From Roseiarcus sp. (GTDB lineage Bacteria > Pseudomonadota > Alphaproteobacteria > Rhizobiales > Beijerinckiaceae), in NCBI GenBank assembly GCA_049584355.1, contig JBAUXQ010000121.1, forward strand, positions 1-56,927: 56,927 nucleotides of DNA. Direction: 5' to 3'. Below the pieces are notes generated by a model. The model ran no database searches. It saw only the letters and a list, made by a program, of their open reading frames with translations, and had not been told where the DNA came from. Shown here piece by piece: positions 48,406 to 56,741 of the stretch (positions are counted from its first letter, which is position 1; every line of letters starts with the position of its first letter). The translations under genes and the position numbers were made by a program.

Positions 48406-48449
48406 AGGGGTCATCAGCCGATCGGCGGTTAAAGGGGACTCCATCCCTC
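48406..48449 (-). ncRNA. Fluoride riboswitch (crcB motif), copy 3
   Basis: GAGGGAUGGAGUCCCCU-UUAACC-GCCGAUCGGC-UGAUGACCCCU. P1, AACC linker, P2 and GCUGAUGAC core are present; the pseudoknot has one A-C mismatch. Confidence 0.8.
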
Positions 48450-48548
48450 AAAACGACATAGGTTCGCGCTGCTCTCCTGGCACCCTCCGCGCTAGATTTT
48501 TTCGCCGGCGGTATTCACCGAGCCCGGCAGAGGTGGTCAGAGCGGGCT

Positions 48549-50108
48549 CTAGGCCCGAACCTCGGAAGCCTCAATGGCATTGACTTCGGAAGCCTCAGCC
48601 GTCTCTCCGCTCGCAAAGATCTCGCGGTACACGTCCTCGCCGAAGCTTGTCCCGAGCGGCTCCCCTTCGACCAGTTTGAATGTCCGGCGTCCGTCTTCAA
48701 GCCTGTCAGCCCGAAGGAACAGCGCGGAGTCGAGATGCTTCTCGTAAAAGCCGTGGGCGAAATCGTACTGATGGCTGATGAATACGACCTTGTTTGGCCG
48801 CTCGAGCAAGGCGGACAAGATTTGCCGGGCGATTTCCGAGCCTTCCCGTTCATTGGTCGCCGCGAAGGACTCGTTGAACAGGAGCAATGCGCGGGGCGTG
48901 ACGATGTTGGCGATGTCGTTCATGCGGCTCAGCTCCTCGTCGAACTTGCCGCTTTTCATCGTCGCGTCCTCCTCGTGCTTGAAATGGGTGAACACCCCGT
49001 CGACGATGTTGAGCTCAAGGCTCGCGGCGGGCGCGAACATGCCCGATTGCGACATCAGTTGCGCGAGCCCGAAGCTTCTTAGGAACGTCGTCTTGCCGCC
49101 CTGGTTGGCGCCGGTGACGATGATCAGGCTCTTGCCGTCCGCATTGATGTCGTTGCCGACCGGGCGCTTGTTCGCGGTCAGCGCCAGGCAGACCTCGTAG
49201 AGATCCCTGCAGGAGAAGCGAGGGGCGCCGGGTCCGGTCGCCGAGGGAAACGTAAATGGCGCCCCGAGTTCGAGGAGGCGCTGATGCAGGTTGAGACAGC
49301 CGATGTAGAACGCCAGTTCGGTTTGCAGCATCTTGAAGAAGGCGCCGATATGCTCGGCGCTCTTGGCGAGGGCGTCGGCCGCGAGCCCAAGGCCGCGGTC
49401 CCTCAGTTCGCCCATCGCTTGTGCGCCGGCCTCGTCCCTCGGAGCCAGATAGAGACTGTAGCTCGCGGGACCTTGCTCGAAGACGGCCCGGTAGGCGCGG
49501 GTGAACCAGTTGCCCGGATCCCTGAGCGGCCGCCGCAGGACGTAGTCCACGCCCTTCACTCCCTTCCCGAGCCCGGCGCTGACCAGCACAGCCCGGAATT
49601 TCAGCCGGTTCAGATGTCTGTCGATGACCGCGAAATAATCGTCGTCAAGCTCCGTCGACAGCGTGGTGAAGAGTCTCGTGAACGCTTCGGACCGGAATTG
49701 GGCGGCGTTGCGGTCGACCAGCGTGCGCATTCGCTTCAGCACGTCGACAAAGGCGACCATCCGCTGGACCGAAGTGTCGAGCAGGCCGGAGGGGTACTCC
49801 CGGAATGTCGACCATATCTTCCTCTGCCGCTCGGCCGACTCCACCGCGAGACCGTAAAGCTGGCGGACAATGTCCGGATTGCCGAGGCAGTCCTTAAGCG
49901 CGGCTTGCCGGTATTCGATCACGGCGACGTCGTTGAAGACGCTCGTCAATATCACCTTCTTCGCCACCTCAAGGACGAGCGGGTCCTTGGCCGCCATGAC
50001 CGTGAACAGAGTGTCCAGCTCGAGGTTCTTGGCAAGAACGGCCTCGTTGGCGGGCAAAGCGCGTTCAAGGTCGAAATCGCGGTCCCGGTGCATGAGAAAG
50101 GCTTTCAT
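48549..50108 (-). CDS. MutS-related ATPase lacking a mismatch-recognition domain (MutS4-type, partner B)
   Basis: VTGANQGGKTTFLRS, FTHF, SGKFDEEL, LLLFNESFAATNEREG, FISH. ATG overlaps the partner stop. Confidence 0.88.
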   Translation of the reverse strand: MKAFLMHRDRDFDLERALPANEAVLAKNLELDTLFTVMAAKDPLVLEVAKKVILTSVFNDVAVIEYRQAALKDCLGNPDIVRQLYGLAVESAERQRKIWSTFREYPSGLLDTSVQRMVAFVDVLKRMRTLVDRNAAQFRSEAFTRLFTTLSTELDDDYFAVIDRHLNRLKFRAVLVSAGLGKGVKGVDYVLRRPLRDPGNWFTRAYRAVFEQGPASYSLYLAPRDEAGAQAMGELRDRGLGLAADALAKSAEHIGAFFKMLQTELAFYIGCLNLHQRLLELGAPFTFPSATGPGAPRFSCRDLYEVCLALTANKRPVGNDINADGKSLIIVTGANQGGKTTFLRSFGLAQLMSQSGMFAPAASLELNIVDGVFTHFKHEEDATMKSGKFDEELSRMNDIANIVTPRALLLFNESFAATNEREGSEIARQILSALLERPNKVVFISHQYDFAHGFYEKHLDSALFLRADRLEDGRRTFKLVEGEPLGTSFGEDVYREIFASGETAEASEVNAIEASEVRA

Positions 50109-51640
50109 GACGGCAGCCTTTCCCGCAGCTGGGCATAGGTCAGACCATATTTCTCGGCGACCGAAATGGCGTAAGCCAGGCCGTCGGGCGGACGCCGCAC
50201 GACCTTGAAGGTGCGCTCGGCGACGTTGCCGGGTTTGACCATGCTCCCCATGCTGACCGAGGTCTTGCTGAGCGCGGCCAGTTCGTCGATGAAGGTGACG
50301 CAGACGCACAGCGCGTCGAGGGCGATGATTTTGGTCAGGATCCTGGTGCTGAGGAAGATCGCGTCCTTGAGGCTCGTTGAGTTGAACACTTCATTGAGAA
50401 TGATGATGCTGTCGGTCGTCGCTTCTTCCAGCGTTTTGTGAAGCCGGAATAGATCGTCGTGCAATTTGCCGCGCAAATTGTGAACGTCCTCCTCCTTCTC
50501 GAAGTGTGTGAACATCTTGTCGAACAGGAATAGGTGGGCTTGGGTTCCTGGAACCGGACAACCGATCGCGGCGAGATGGTGCAAAAGACCGAACGTCCGC
50601 GCGAACGTCGTCTTGCCGCCCTGATTGGGCCCTGACACGATGATGATCCGCTCGCGACCATCGAGGAAAAAATCATTGGTCACCACCGGCAGCTTCTGAT
50701 CGACAAGCAATTTGGCCAGCGCAAGGTCATAAGCATTCATGACCCGGATTTCCTTGGTTTCCGCTGACACAAGCGGATAGCAAAACGCCAATCCGGCGCG
50801 GCTGATGCGGCGTATATGGGCGATGTAGGCGACATAGAACTGGACCTCCCGATCGAACCGCAGGATCGTCCGGTCAAAGAAGCTGCTGCTTCGCGCGGAG
50901 AAGTCGTCGAGCTCCGCGAATATCTCCGGATTCAGCCTCGCGACGCGATCGAGGACTCCCGCCTCGATGTGGTTCATCTGCTCGAAGTTCATGAACTTGA
51001 AAATGTGGTCGGCGGCGGAGCCCTGTTTGAACTTCTCGAAATCCGCCTGAATTTTGGCCCCGTAATCGGGCTCGTCATGATAGCCCGAGACGGTGATCAC
51101 GCCGTCGCCGATGAGCAGCGTATAGCGAATGGAGCAAAGTCTCGCGGTAACTGTTGCGATCTCCTTCAACAATTGTTGAAAGGCCGGGGAGCCGACGTAA
51201 CCGTCGAGAAAGGCGAAGAAGCCGGCAAGCCCCGGCGAGGAGGGCGGCGCCGCGCGGAGATCGGACAATAGACGCTCGACGCACTGACAATGGAGTTCGA
51301 CGGCGTCGAGCAACCAGGCCTCCTTCTGGTATTTGTAGTGCAGCTTGCCCGCCTGGGTGAGGTGTTCCCGCACCGATTTCATCGTGTCCGCGAACCTCGT
51401 CACCGCGTCATAGCGCGCGTCGTTCTCGAGGTCGCGCATCACCTCTTGGCGGTATTCCACGGCTTCGCGCGACTTGAGCGGCTCGTGGAAAAACGGCGCC
51501 AGATTGTATTCTTGCTTGCCGGCGGTGATCGAGGCGACGATCTGGTCAAGATTGAGGTCGGCGAAATAGGCCGGCGCTTCGGACATCTCCGCCTTCGTAT
51601 CATCCTGCAACGACGGATTGAGGATGCTGAGGAAGGTCAT
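50105..51640 (-). CDS. MutS-related ATPase lacking a mismatch-recognition domain (MutS4-type, partner A)
   Basis: FADLNLDQI, VSGPNQGGKTTFAR, FTHFEKEE, GKLHDDL, IIILNEVFNSTS, AYAISVAEKYGL. Confidence 0.88.
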   Translation of the reverse strand: MTFLSILNPSLQDDTKAEMSEAPAYFADLNLDQIVASITAGKQEYNLAPFFHEPLKSREAVEYRQEVMRDLENDARYDAVTRFADTMKSVREHLTQAGKLHYKYQKEAWLLDAVELHCQCVERLLSDLRAAPPSSPGLAGFFAFLDGYVGSPAFQQLLKEIATVTARLCSIRYTLLIGDGVITVSGYHDEPDYGAKIQADFEKFKQGSAADHIFKFMNFEQMNHIEAGVLDRVARLNPEIFAELDDFSARSSSFFDRTILRFDREVQFYVAYIAHIRRISRAGLAFCYPLVSAETKEIRVMNAYDLALAKLLVDQKLPVVTNDFFLDGRERIIIVSGPNQGGKTTFARTFGLLHHLAAIGCPVPGTQAHLFLFDKMFTHFEKEEDVHNLRGKLHDDLFRLHKTLEEATTDSIIILNEVFNSTSLKDAIFLSTRILTKIIALDALCVCVTFIDELAALSKTSVSMGSMVKPGNVAERTFKVVRRPPDGLAYAISVAEKYGLTYAQLRERLPS

Positions 51641-51813
51641 GGCCGGAAGTCTCCGGCCGCGGAAGGAGTTCGATCCGCAACCCGCGCCGCGTCGCGCCGA
51701 TCGAGCCGACGAACGCCGCTTGATCTGTCATTGACTTTGCTGCGGGAGCCAGTGACGCCTGAGGTCATCGCGACAGGCGCGTGCAATGACACGCGGTCTT
51801 TGACAGGAACCAT
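51637..51813 (-). CDS. Putative 58-aa leader ORF between the riboswitch and the MutS-like gene
   Basis: Perfect GGAGGAG SD before ATG 51813. Its TGA overlaps the MutS-A ATG (ATGA). No recognisable domain. Confidence 0.4.
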   Translation of the reverse strand: MVPVKDRVSLHAPVAMTSGVTGSRSKVNDRSSGVRRLDRRDAARVADRTPSAAGDFRP

Positions 51814-51844
51814 GCGCACTCCTCCACTTCGTCAAAAGACGTTC

Positions 51845-51891
51845 GGAGGAGTCATCAGCCCACAGGCGCCTAAGGCGAACTCCATCGCCTA
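51845..51891 (-). ncRNA. Fluoride riboswitch (crcB motif), copy 2
   Basis: AGGCGAUGGAGUUCGCCU-UAGGC-GCCUGUGGGC-UGAUGACUCCUCC. Intact P1 and GGAGU/ACUCC pseudoknot. TTGACA upstream at 51967-51972. Confidence 0.9.
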
Positions 51892-52144
51892 CCGGGACAC
51901 GTCACAAACCCTGAAAAATGTCCCCTGTGAAAGTGCCAAGCCAAGAATTAGAATTCCAGAGGGCTTTGTCAAGGTCTGCGGTCCGAACTGGCGCCTCAAT
52001 CGCCGCGTCGGTCGCCGCCGCGGCTTGCGCGGCCAACGCATCCTGGCCGACGGTCGAAACAGCGGACCGCGACCCTCATTGCGTTGCGGCGAGAGGCTCG
52101 CAAGGCCCCGCGGGCGGATGCGCCGCAAAGCGATACCTTCGCGT

Positions 52145-52477
52145 CTAAAGCGTCGCATCGACGTTTGCGCGAATCCGCGGATCAAGTCGGAACTCGACGT
52201 ACACCCAAGGGGAGTCTGCATCCTTGTAAAATACATAGGTAAGCGTCCGGCCAGCCTCGGGCGAATCGTCCATGACCAGCGTCGCGAACGCATAACTCAA
52301 TTCCTGCCACAGCCACTCGCAAATCGCTGGCAATTCTGTTGGCCCGCATTCGATTCGACAGGCGCCTTTCGCGTCGTCGAGTCTCGCGACGACCCCCCGC
52401 TTCCATCGGGCGTCGAAAAGATCGACGATGCCCGCCAATCGTGGCGCCGGGTCGACTATCTCGTGATTGATCGTCAT
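52145..52477 (-). pseudogene. Truncated N-terminus of a HyfG/HycE-like large subunit (NuoC-like region)
   Basis: Directly follows hyfF with its own RBS. ELPAICEWL...YAFATLVMD...LTYVF resembles a NuoC-like N-terminus. Stops at 110 aa, whereas about 500 aa would be expected. Confidence 0.6.
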
Positions 52478-52489
52478 GGGGCGTCTCTC

Positions 52490-53934
52490 TCAGCCGCCCA
52501 TAGCCGTCGCTGCCGCACGGAGGAGTTCCTGCAAGACGGGAGGAACATAGATCCCGATCGCGAACAAAGGAACGCGGCCAGAGCGAGCGTGACCCGACAT
52601 GAAAGCGGCACGGCGGAGATGGTCACCGTCTCTCGAGGGGTGCTAAAAGCCATCCTAGTAGCGTGGGACATGACGGCGCAAAAAGCGACGACGACAAAGA
52701 ACGCCAACAGCCCAATCGTGAGGTACTGACCGCTGGCGATCCCCGCCTTGAAAATCACGAGCTCACTTACGAAGATCGCAAAGGGGGGAGCCCCGACGAT
52801 TGCAAAGGCGCCAGCGACCAGCGCTAGGGCTGACCACGGCGAAAGTCGGACAAGTCCGCGAATCGACGAAATTTCCTGAGTGTCGAATGTCATTGCAATG
52901 GCCCCCGCGGCGAAGAAGCAGAATGACTTGGCGATTGCGTGTCCCGTCATTTGATATGCGGCGGCGAGATGCGCTTCTGTGCCGCCCAATCCCGCGGCGA
53001 CAAGAATGATGCGCATGCGCTCGACCGTCGAGAAAGCGAACATCCGCTTGAAATCGCGAACGTAGATAAGGAGGAGTGTTGCGACGCCCACCGACAGCAA
53101 ACCAAAGCCGATGAACCATGGGCGTGCATCGAGCCCCGGCGCGCCGCCGATCACCGGAAAGAGCCGCAGGATGACGTAGAGCACCGTTGTCGTTTCGACG
53201 CCCGACAACAGGGCGCAGATCGACGCCGGGGCCTGACTATGCGCGTCCGGCAACCAGGTGTGCATCGGCACGAGACCAACCTTGGTGCCGAACCCCACGA
53301 GTATGAACAGGAACGCCGGCCACAAGAGCGCGGGCGGGATATGCGGCGCCGCCTGCACCAGCCCTTCCCAGGTGAACGGCTCGAAACCCGCGACCCGCGA
53401 TCCCCAGTAGAGAATGAGGAAGCCAAGCAGGGCGAGGACAGCCCCCAGTGTTGTCAACACGACGTATTTCCACGCCGCTTCGAGCGCTTCAGCCGTGTCC
53501 TCGAAGCCGCCAAGAAAGTCGGATAGCAACGTCGTGAGCTCGACTGCGACCCACATCAGGGCGACGTTCGCCAGCACAGGCACAGCCAAGAGGGGCGCTA
53601 GAAACAGCTTCAAGAGGCCATAGTATCGCTGCTCCTTGGGCGCGGCCTCGGGTCCGGCGCGAGCCTTGATGTATCCCCAGGAGTATAGCGCCGCGGTCGC
53701 TCCGACGAGGGCGACCAGCAACACGACCAGCGCGCCCAACCCGTCGCACGTCAGCCATTGCCCCAGCGCGTCGACACGACCGGTGCGCGCAGCGTTGACG
53801 GCCACATCGACAGCGAGCACGAAGACGACCGCGGCGGCGGCGACCGTGATCGGCGCCGCGAAACGGCGCCCGATTGGCGAAAGGGCGAGCGCGCTGGCGA
53901 GCAGGGGGAAGATCAGGACGGCCGTGAGTCCCAT
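52490..53934 (-). pseudogene. hyfF: Hydrogenase-4 component F-like antiporter subunit with frameshift near 52574
   Basis: MWVAVELTTL, ALEAAWKY, GFGTKVGLVPMHTWLPDAHSQAP. Adding 1 nt restores the C-terminus VPLFAIGIYVPPVLQELLRAAATAMGG*. The conserved EHMG reads ERMR. Confidence 0.82.
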
Positions 53935-53935
53935 C

Positions 53936-54613
53936 CTAACGCTCCCGCAGCGACGCCAGTTGACCAACCGACGTCGTGCCAAGCTGAGTGTATATGCGAC
54001 GTGTGAGAAGGCCGACGACCAACGCGACGACCGGCACGTCGACCGCGGCGGCGAGTTCGGCGATCACCGGCAGATCGGGGACAATGGCGATCCCCGCGAA
54101 AAACACGCCGTTCTCGAGCGCCAGCAAGCCGAGGAGCTGCGGCACAGCCTCACGTCTGACCACAACCGTGAAGACCCCCAGGAATATAGCTGCGAGCCCA
54201 AGCGGCAAGTTGATTCGAGCGAACGGCGGGTCCACGGCGCTGAGAATCGGATTCGCGATCCAATAGGCGAGGATGATAAGGACCGCGGCGATCAGCAGGG
54301 AACCGGGGATGTTGAGCACGCGGTCGATCTCGCGCGTGCGATAGACCTCGGCGCTGACCGTGCGCCGCAGCACCCACGGGATCATCACCGTCTTGGTGGC
54401 CACGGTAATCGCCGCGACGGCGATGAGGTGCAGCGATCCGAGCGCGATCCCGAGGAGCACTGCAGAAAGCGATAAGAGAAGAGATTGCGCAATAAAGAGT
54501 TGAAGAGAGGCAAGAACCTGACGTGTTGCGACCACGCCAAGGCCCACGAGAAGAAAGAGAGCGCCAGTTAGCGCATCGAGGGCAAAGATGACGGGAAAAG
54601 GGGAATCGTTCAT
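53936..54613 (-). CDS. hyfE: Hydrogenase-4 component E-like membrane subunit
   Basis: QSLLL, TKTVMIPWVL, QLLGLLALENGVF, LPVIAEL. Lies between hyfC and hyfF. Confidence 0.87.
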   Translation of the reverse strand: MNDSPFPVIFALDALTGALFLLVGLGVVATRQVLASLQLFIAQSLLLSLSAVLLGIALGSLHLIAVAAITVATKTVMIPWVLRRTVSAEVYRTREIDRVLNIPGSLLIAAVLIILAYWIANPILSAVDPPFARINLPLGLAAIFLGVFTVVVRREAVPQLLGLLALENGVFFAGIAIVPDLPVIAELAAAVDVPVVALVVGLLTRRIYTQLGTTSVGQLASLRER

Positions 54614-54621
54614 GGTCGACC

Positions 54622-55572
54622 CTAGATTTCGGACAATCGCGTGATCATCGCGACAGCAGAAATGACCAAGGCCGCGCCAAGGAACTCGGTGATCCGGAAA
54701 AGGCGCAATTTTGCGAGCGAAGATTCGATACAGACGAGGAGGAGGATGAAGACGAAGATCTTGACGAGGACGAGCGGGATCGCCAACAGCACCTCGGCCA
54801 GCCCCATGCCACCTGCCAGACCCCATGGCGTCACGAGGACGTTGAGAAAGACGCAAATCAGGACAAAGAATTTCATTGCGCCAGCCCATTTAACCAGCGC
54901 GGCGCCGCGTCCCGAATATTCAAGAGATTTCGATCGCTCGATCATTGCGAGTTCGAACATCCCTGAGGGGCTGTCAACTGGAATGCGGCCGTCTTCCGCG
55001 AGAATCAGCATGAGGAACGCGATCATCAGCAGGACATGCGAAGGCTCGAAGAAGTTGGAGATCGGCGTTACCCAGCGAGCCTGAACGATGTAGGGGATCG
55101 TTGAGCCTGCGACGAACGAGACGGTCAGAAAAACGATGATGAATACGGGCTCAGCTAGAAATCCGACCATCCGCGTCCGGCTCGCCCCCATCGGGCCGTA
55201 GGGGTTCGCCGTATCGACGGCGGCAAGCGCTGTAAAGAAGCCGCCCAGCGCGAGGACGAAGCCAGCGCCTAGCATATCGGCCATAAACGCGAAAAACAGG
55301 GGGTAGCGGGTCAGAACGGGTATGAGAAGGGCGACGAAGACCGGCGCCGCGAACGCGACATAAGGCGCCGCGCGGAAAATCCATGAACTCTCTTCAGAAA
55401 CAATTTCATCTTTATGCAGGAGCTTCCAAAGGTCGCGGTAGGGTTGAAGGACGCTCGGCCCCCTTTTGGATTGGACCACCTCCTTCAATCGACTTGTCAC
55501 GCCCTCAACGAGAGGCGCGAACGCAATCACGACGAAGACTTGAAGAATGTTATAAAGGATGCGGTGGGCCAT
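54622..55572 (-). CDS. hyfC: Hydrogenase-4 component C / HycD (NuoH-like) membrane subunit
   Basis: QSKRGPSVLQPYRDLWKLLHK, GPMGASR, EDGRIPVD, LEYSG, ESSLAKLRLFR. Confidence 0.9.
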   Translation of the reverse strand: MAHRILYNILQVFVVIAFAPLVEGVTSRLKEVVQSKRGPSVLQPYRDLWKLLHKDEIVSEESSWIFRAAPYVAFAAPVFVALLIPVLTRYPLFFAFMADMLGAGFVLALGGFFTALAAVDTANPYGPMGASRTRMVGFLAEPVFIIVFLTVSFVAGSTIPYIVQARWVTPISNFFEPSHVLLMIAFLMLILAEDGRIPVDSPSGMFELAMIERSKSLEYSGRGAALVKWAGAMKFFVLICVFLNVLVTPWGLAGGMGLAEVLLAIPLVLVKIFVFILLLVCIESSLAKLRLFRITEFLGAALVISAVAMITRLSEI

Positions 55573-55757
55573 CGCTCAGCCCTGCATTGCCGATGCGCTA
55601 GAGCTCCGCCAAGCTGCAAACGCCTCTTTGACCGCGAGCCCGGCCGTCCGGCTTCGGCGTTCAGATTGCCCGATCGAAGAAATCGCCTCAGCGTTCACCA
55701 CCGCACCACCGCCCGGTGTCCCTATATCCGCCGCTCCGATTTCGAGCGGCGCGGTCA

Positions 55758-55803
55758 TAGGAGTCATCAGCCAGTTCGGCGGTTACGGCGAACTCCATCG
55801 CCG
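55758..55803 (-). ncRNA. Fluoride riboswitch (crcB motif), copy 1
   Basis: CGGCGAUGGAGUUCGCCG-UAACC-GCCGAACUGGC-UGAUGACUCCUA, a canonical match including the pseudoknot. Confidence 0.93.
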
Positions 55804-56185
55804 TGTAGGTGCGCTTTTCACACCTACGATCATTCGACGTTATCACAACGCTTAGCGTTGGCAAATCCCAAGAGTTATGCCGCGATTTCAGATCAGTCGG
55901 AACTCCGAGCCGTGCATCGCTACGTTCGCTTTCGACGCGCTGAAGATCGCGCCCAGTGTCCAACAGAGCCAAGCCTGCCTATCGGCGTAGCGATCCGCGT
56001 TCGATTGATTTAGGCTGCGGCCGGCCGCTCGATAGTGCCACGCAGGTGGCGCTCTTCGACATTATCGGCTTTGCATGATCAGTGGGCGATCGACTGCCTC
56101 CAGAGGTGATCATTAGTCTGGCAGGTTTTCTCTGAGAAAGCCTCGATCCAGGACGTGTCCCAAATGTCGCATTCGGAAGTTGGGA

Positions 56186-56741
56186 TCACGCGGAGCTCGT
56201 CGACGACCCGCCGATTCGCAGATTTGCCAACATCCCTCGCTCCGCCGCGACGACCTTCGGGACATCGCGCAGCGTGAAGTGACCAGTTTCCGGCGTCATT
56301 TCGAGGTGGCGCTGGTGAAGCGCGACTACCGCCGAACGGTGGCCGATAGACACGATCGTCGTGCCTTTCAGGCGACCTGCGAAGACGGCGTAGAGTTCCG
56401 CCTCCATTTCCTCATCGACAGCCGACGTCGATTCGTCGAGGAACAGCCAATTTGGCCGCATCAGGAGCGCCAAGCGCTGCTGCTCGCCCGCTCGAGAGGC
56501 GCTGCGACCAAACCTCCTCGCGGTCGAGTTCTCCCACAAGATGAGGGAGATGGGCATCCGCGAGCGCGGTCCGAATATTATTGTCTTTATACGTTCCCGC
56601 AACCGCTGGGTACGTGACGGCGGAGCGCAGCGTGCCGATCGGAATATAGGGCTTCGGCGTGACCACCATTATTAGCGCGCCCGCCGGCGTGCTGATGCGG
56701 CCCTCGCCGCATGGCCAGATGCCAGCAATTGCGCGAAAGAG
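56186..56741 (-). pseudogene. C-terminal fragment of a YddA/ABCD-type ABC ATPase
   Basis: LFRAIAGIWP, KPYIPIGTLR, WSQRLSSG/(frameshift ~56488)EQQRLA, LFLDESTSAVD, VSIGHR. Walker A and the membrane domain are missing. Confidence 0.82.

Noticed and set aside
48549..51640. Annotation as canonical mutS mismatch-repair genes
   Set aside because: Too short, no domain I mismatch-binding motif, no mutL in the window, NE Walker B.
52145..55572. Functional hydrogenase-4 / formate hydrogenlyase
   Set aside because: Large subunit truncated; small subunit, hyfB and maturation genes absent from the window.
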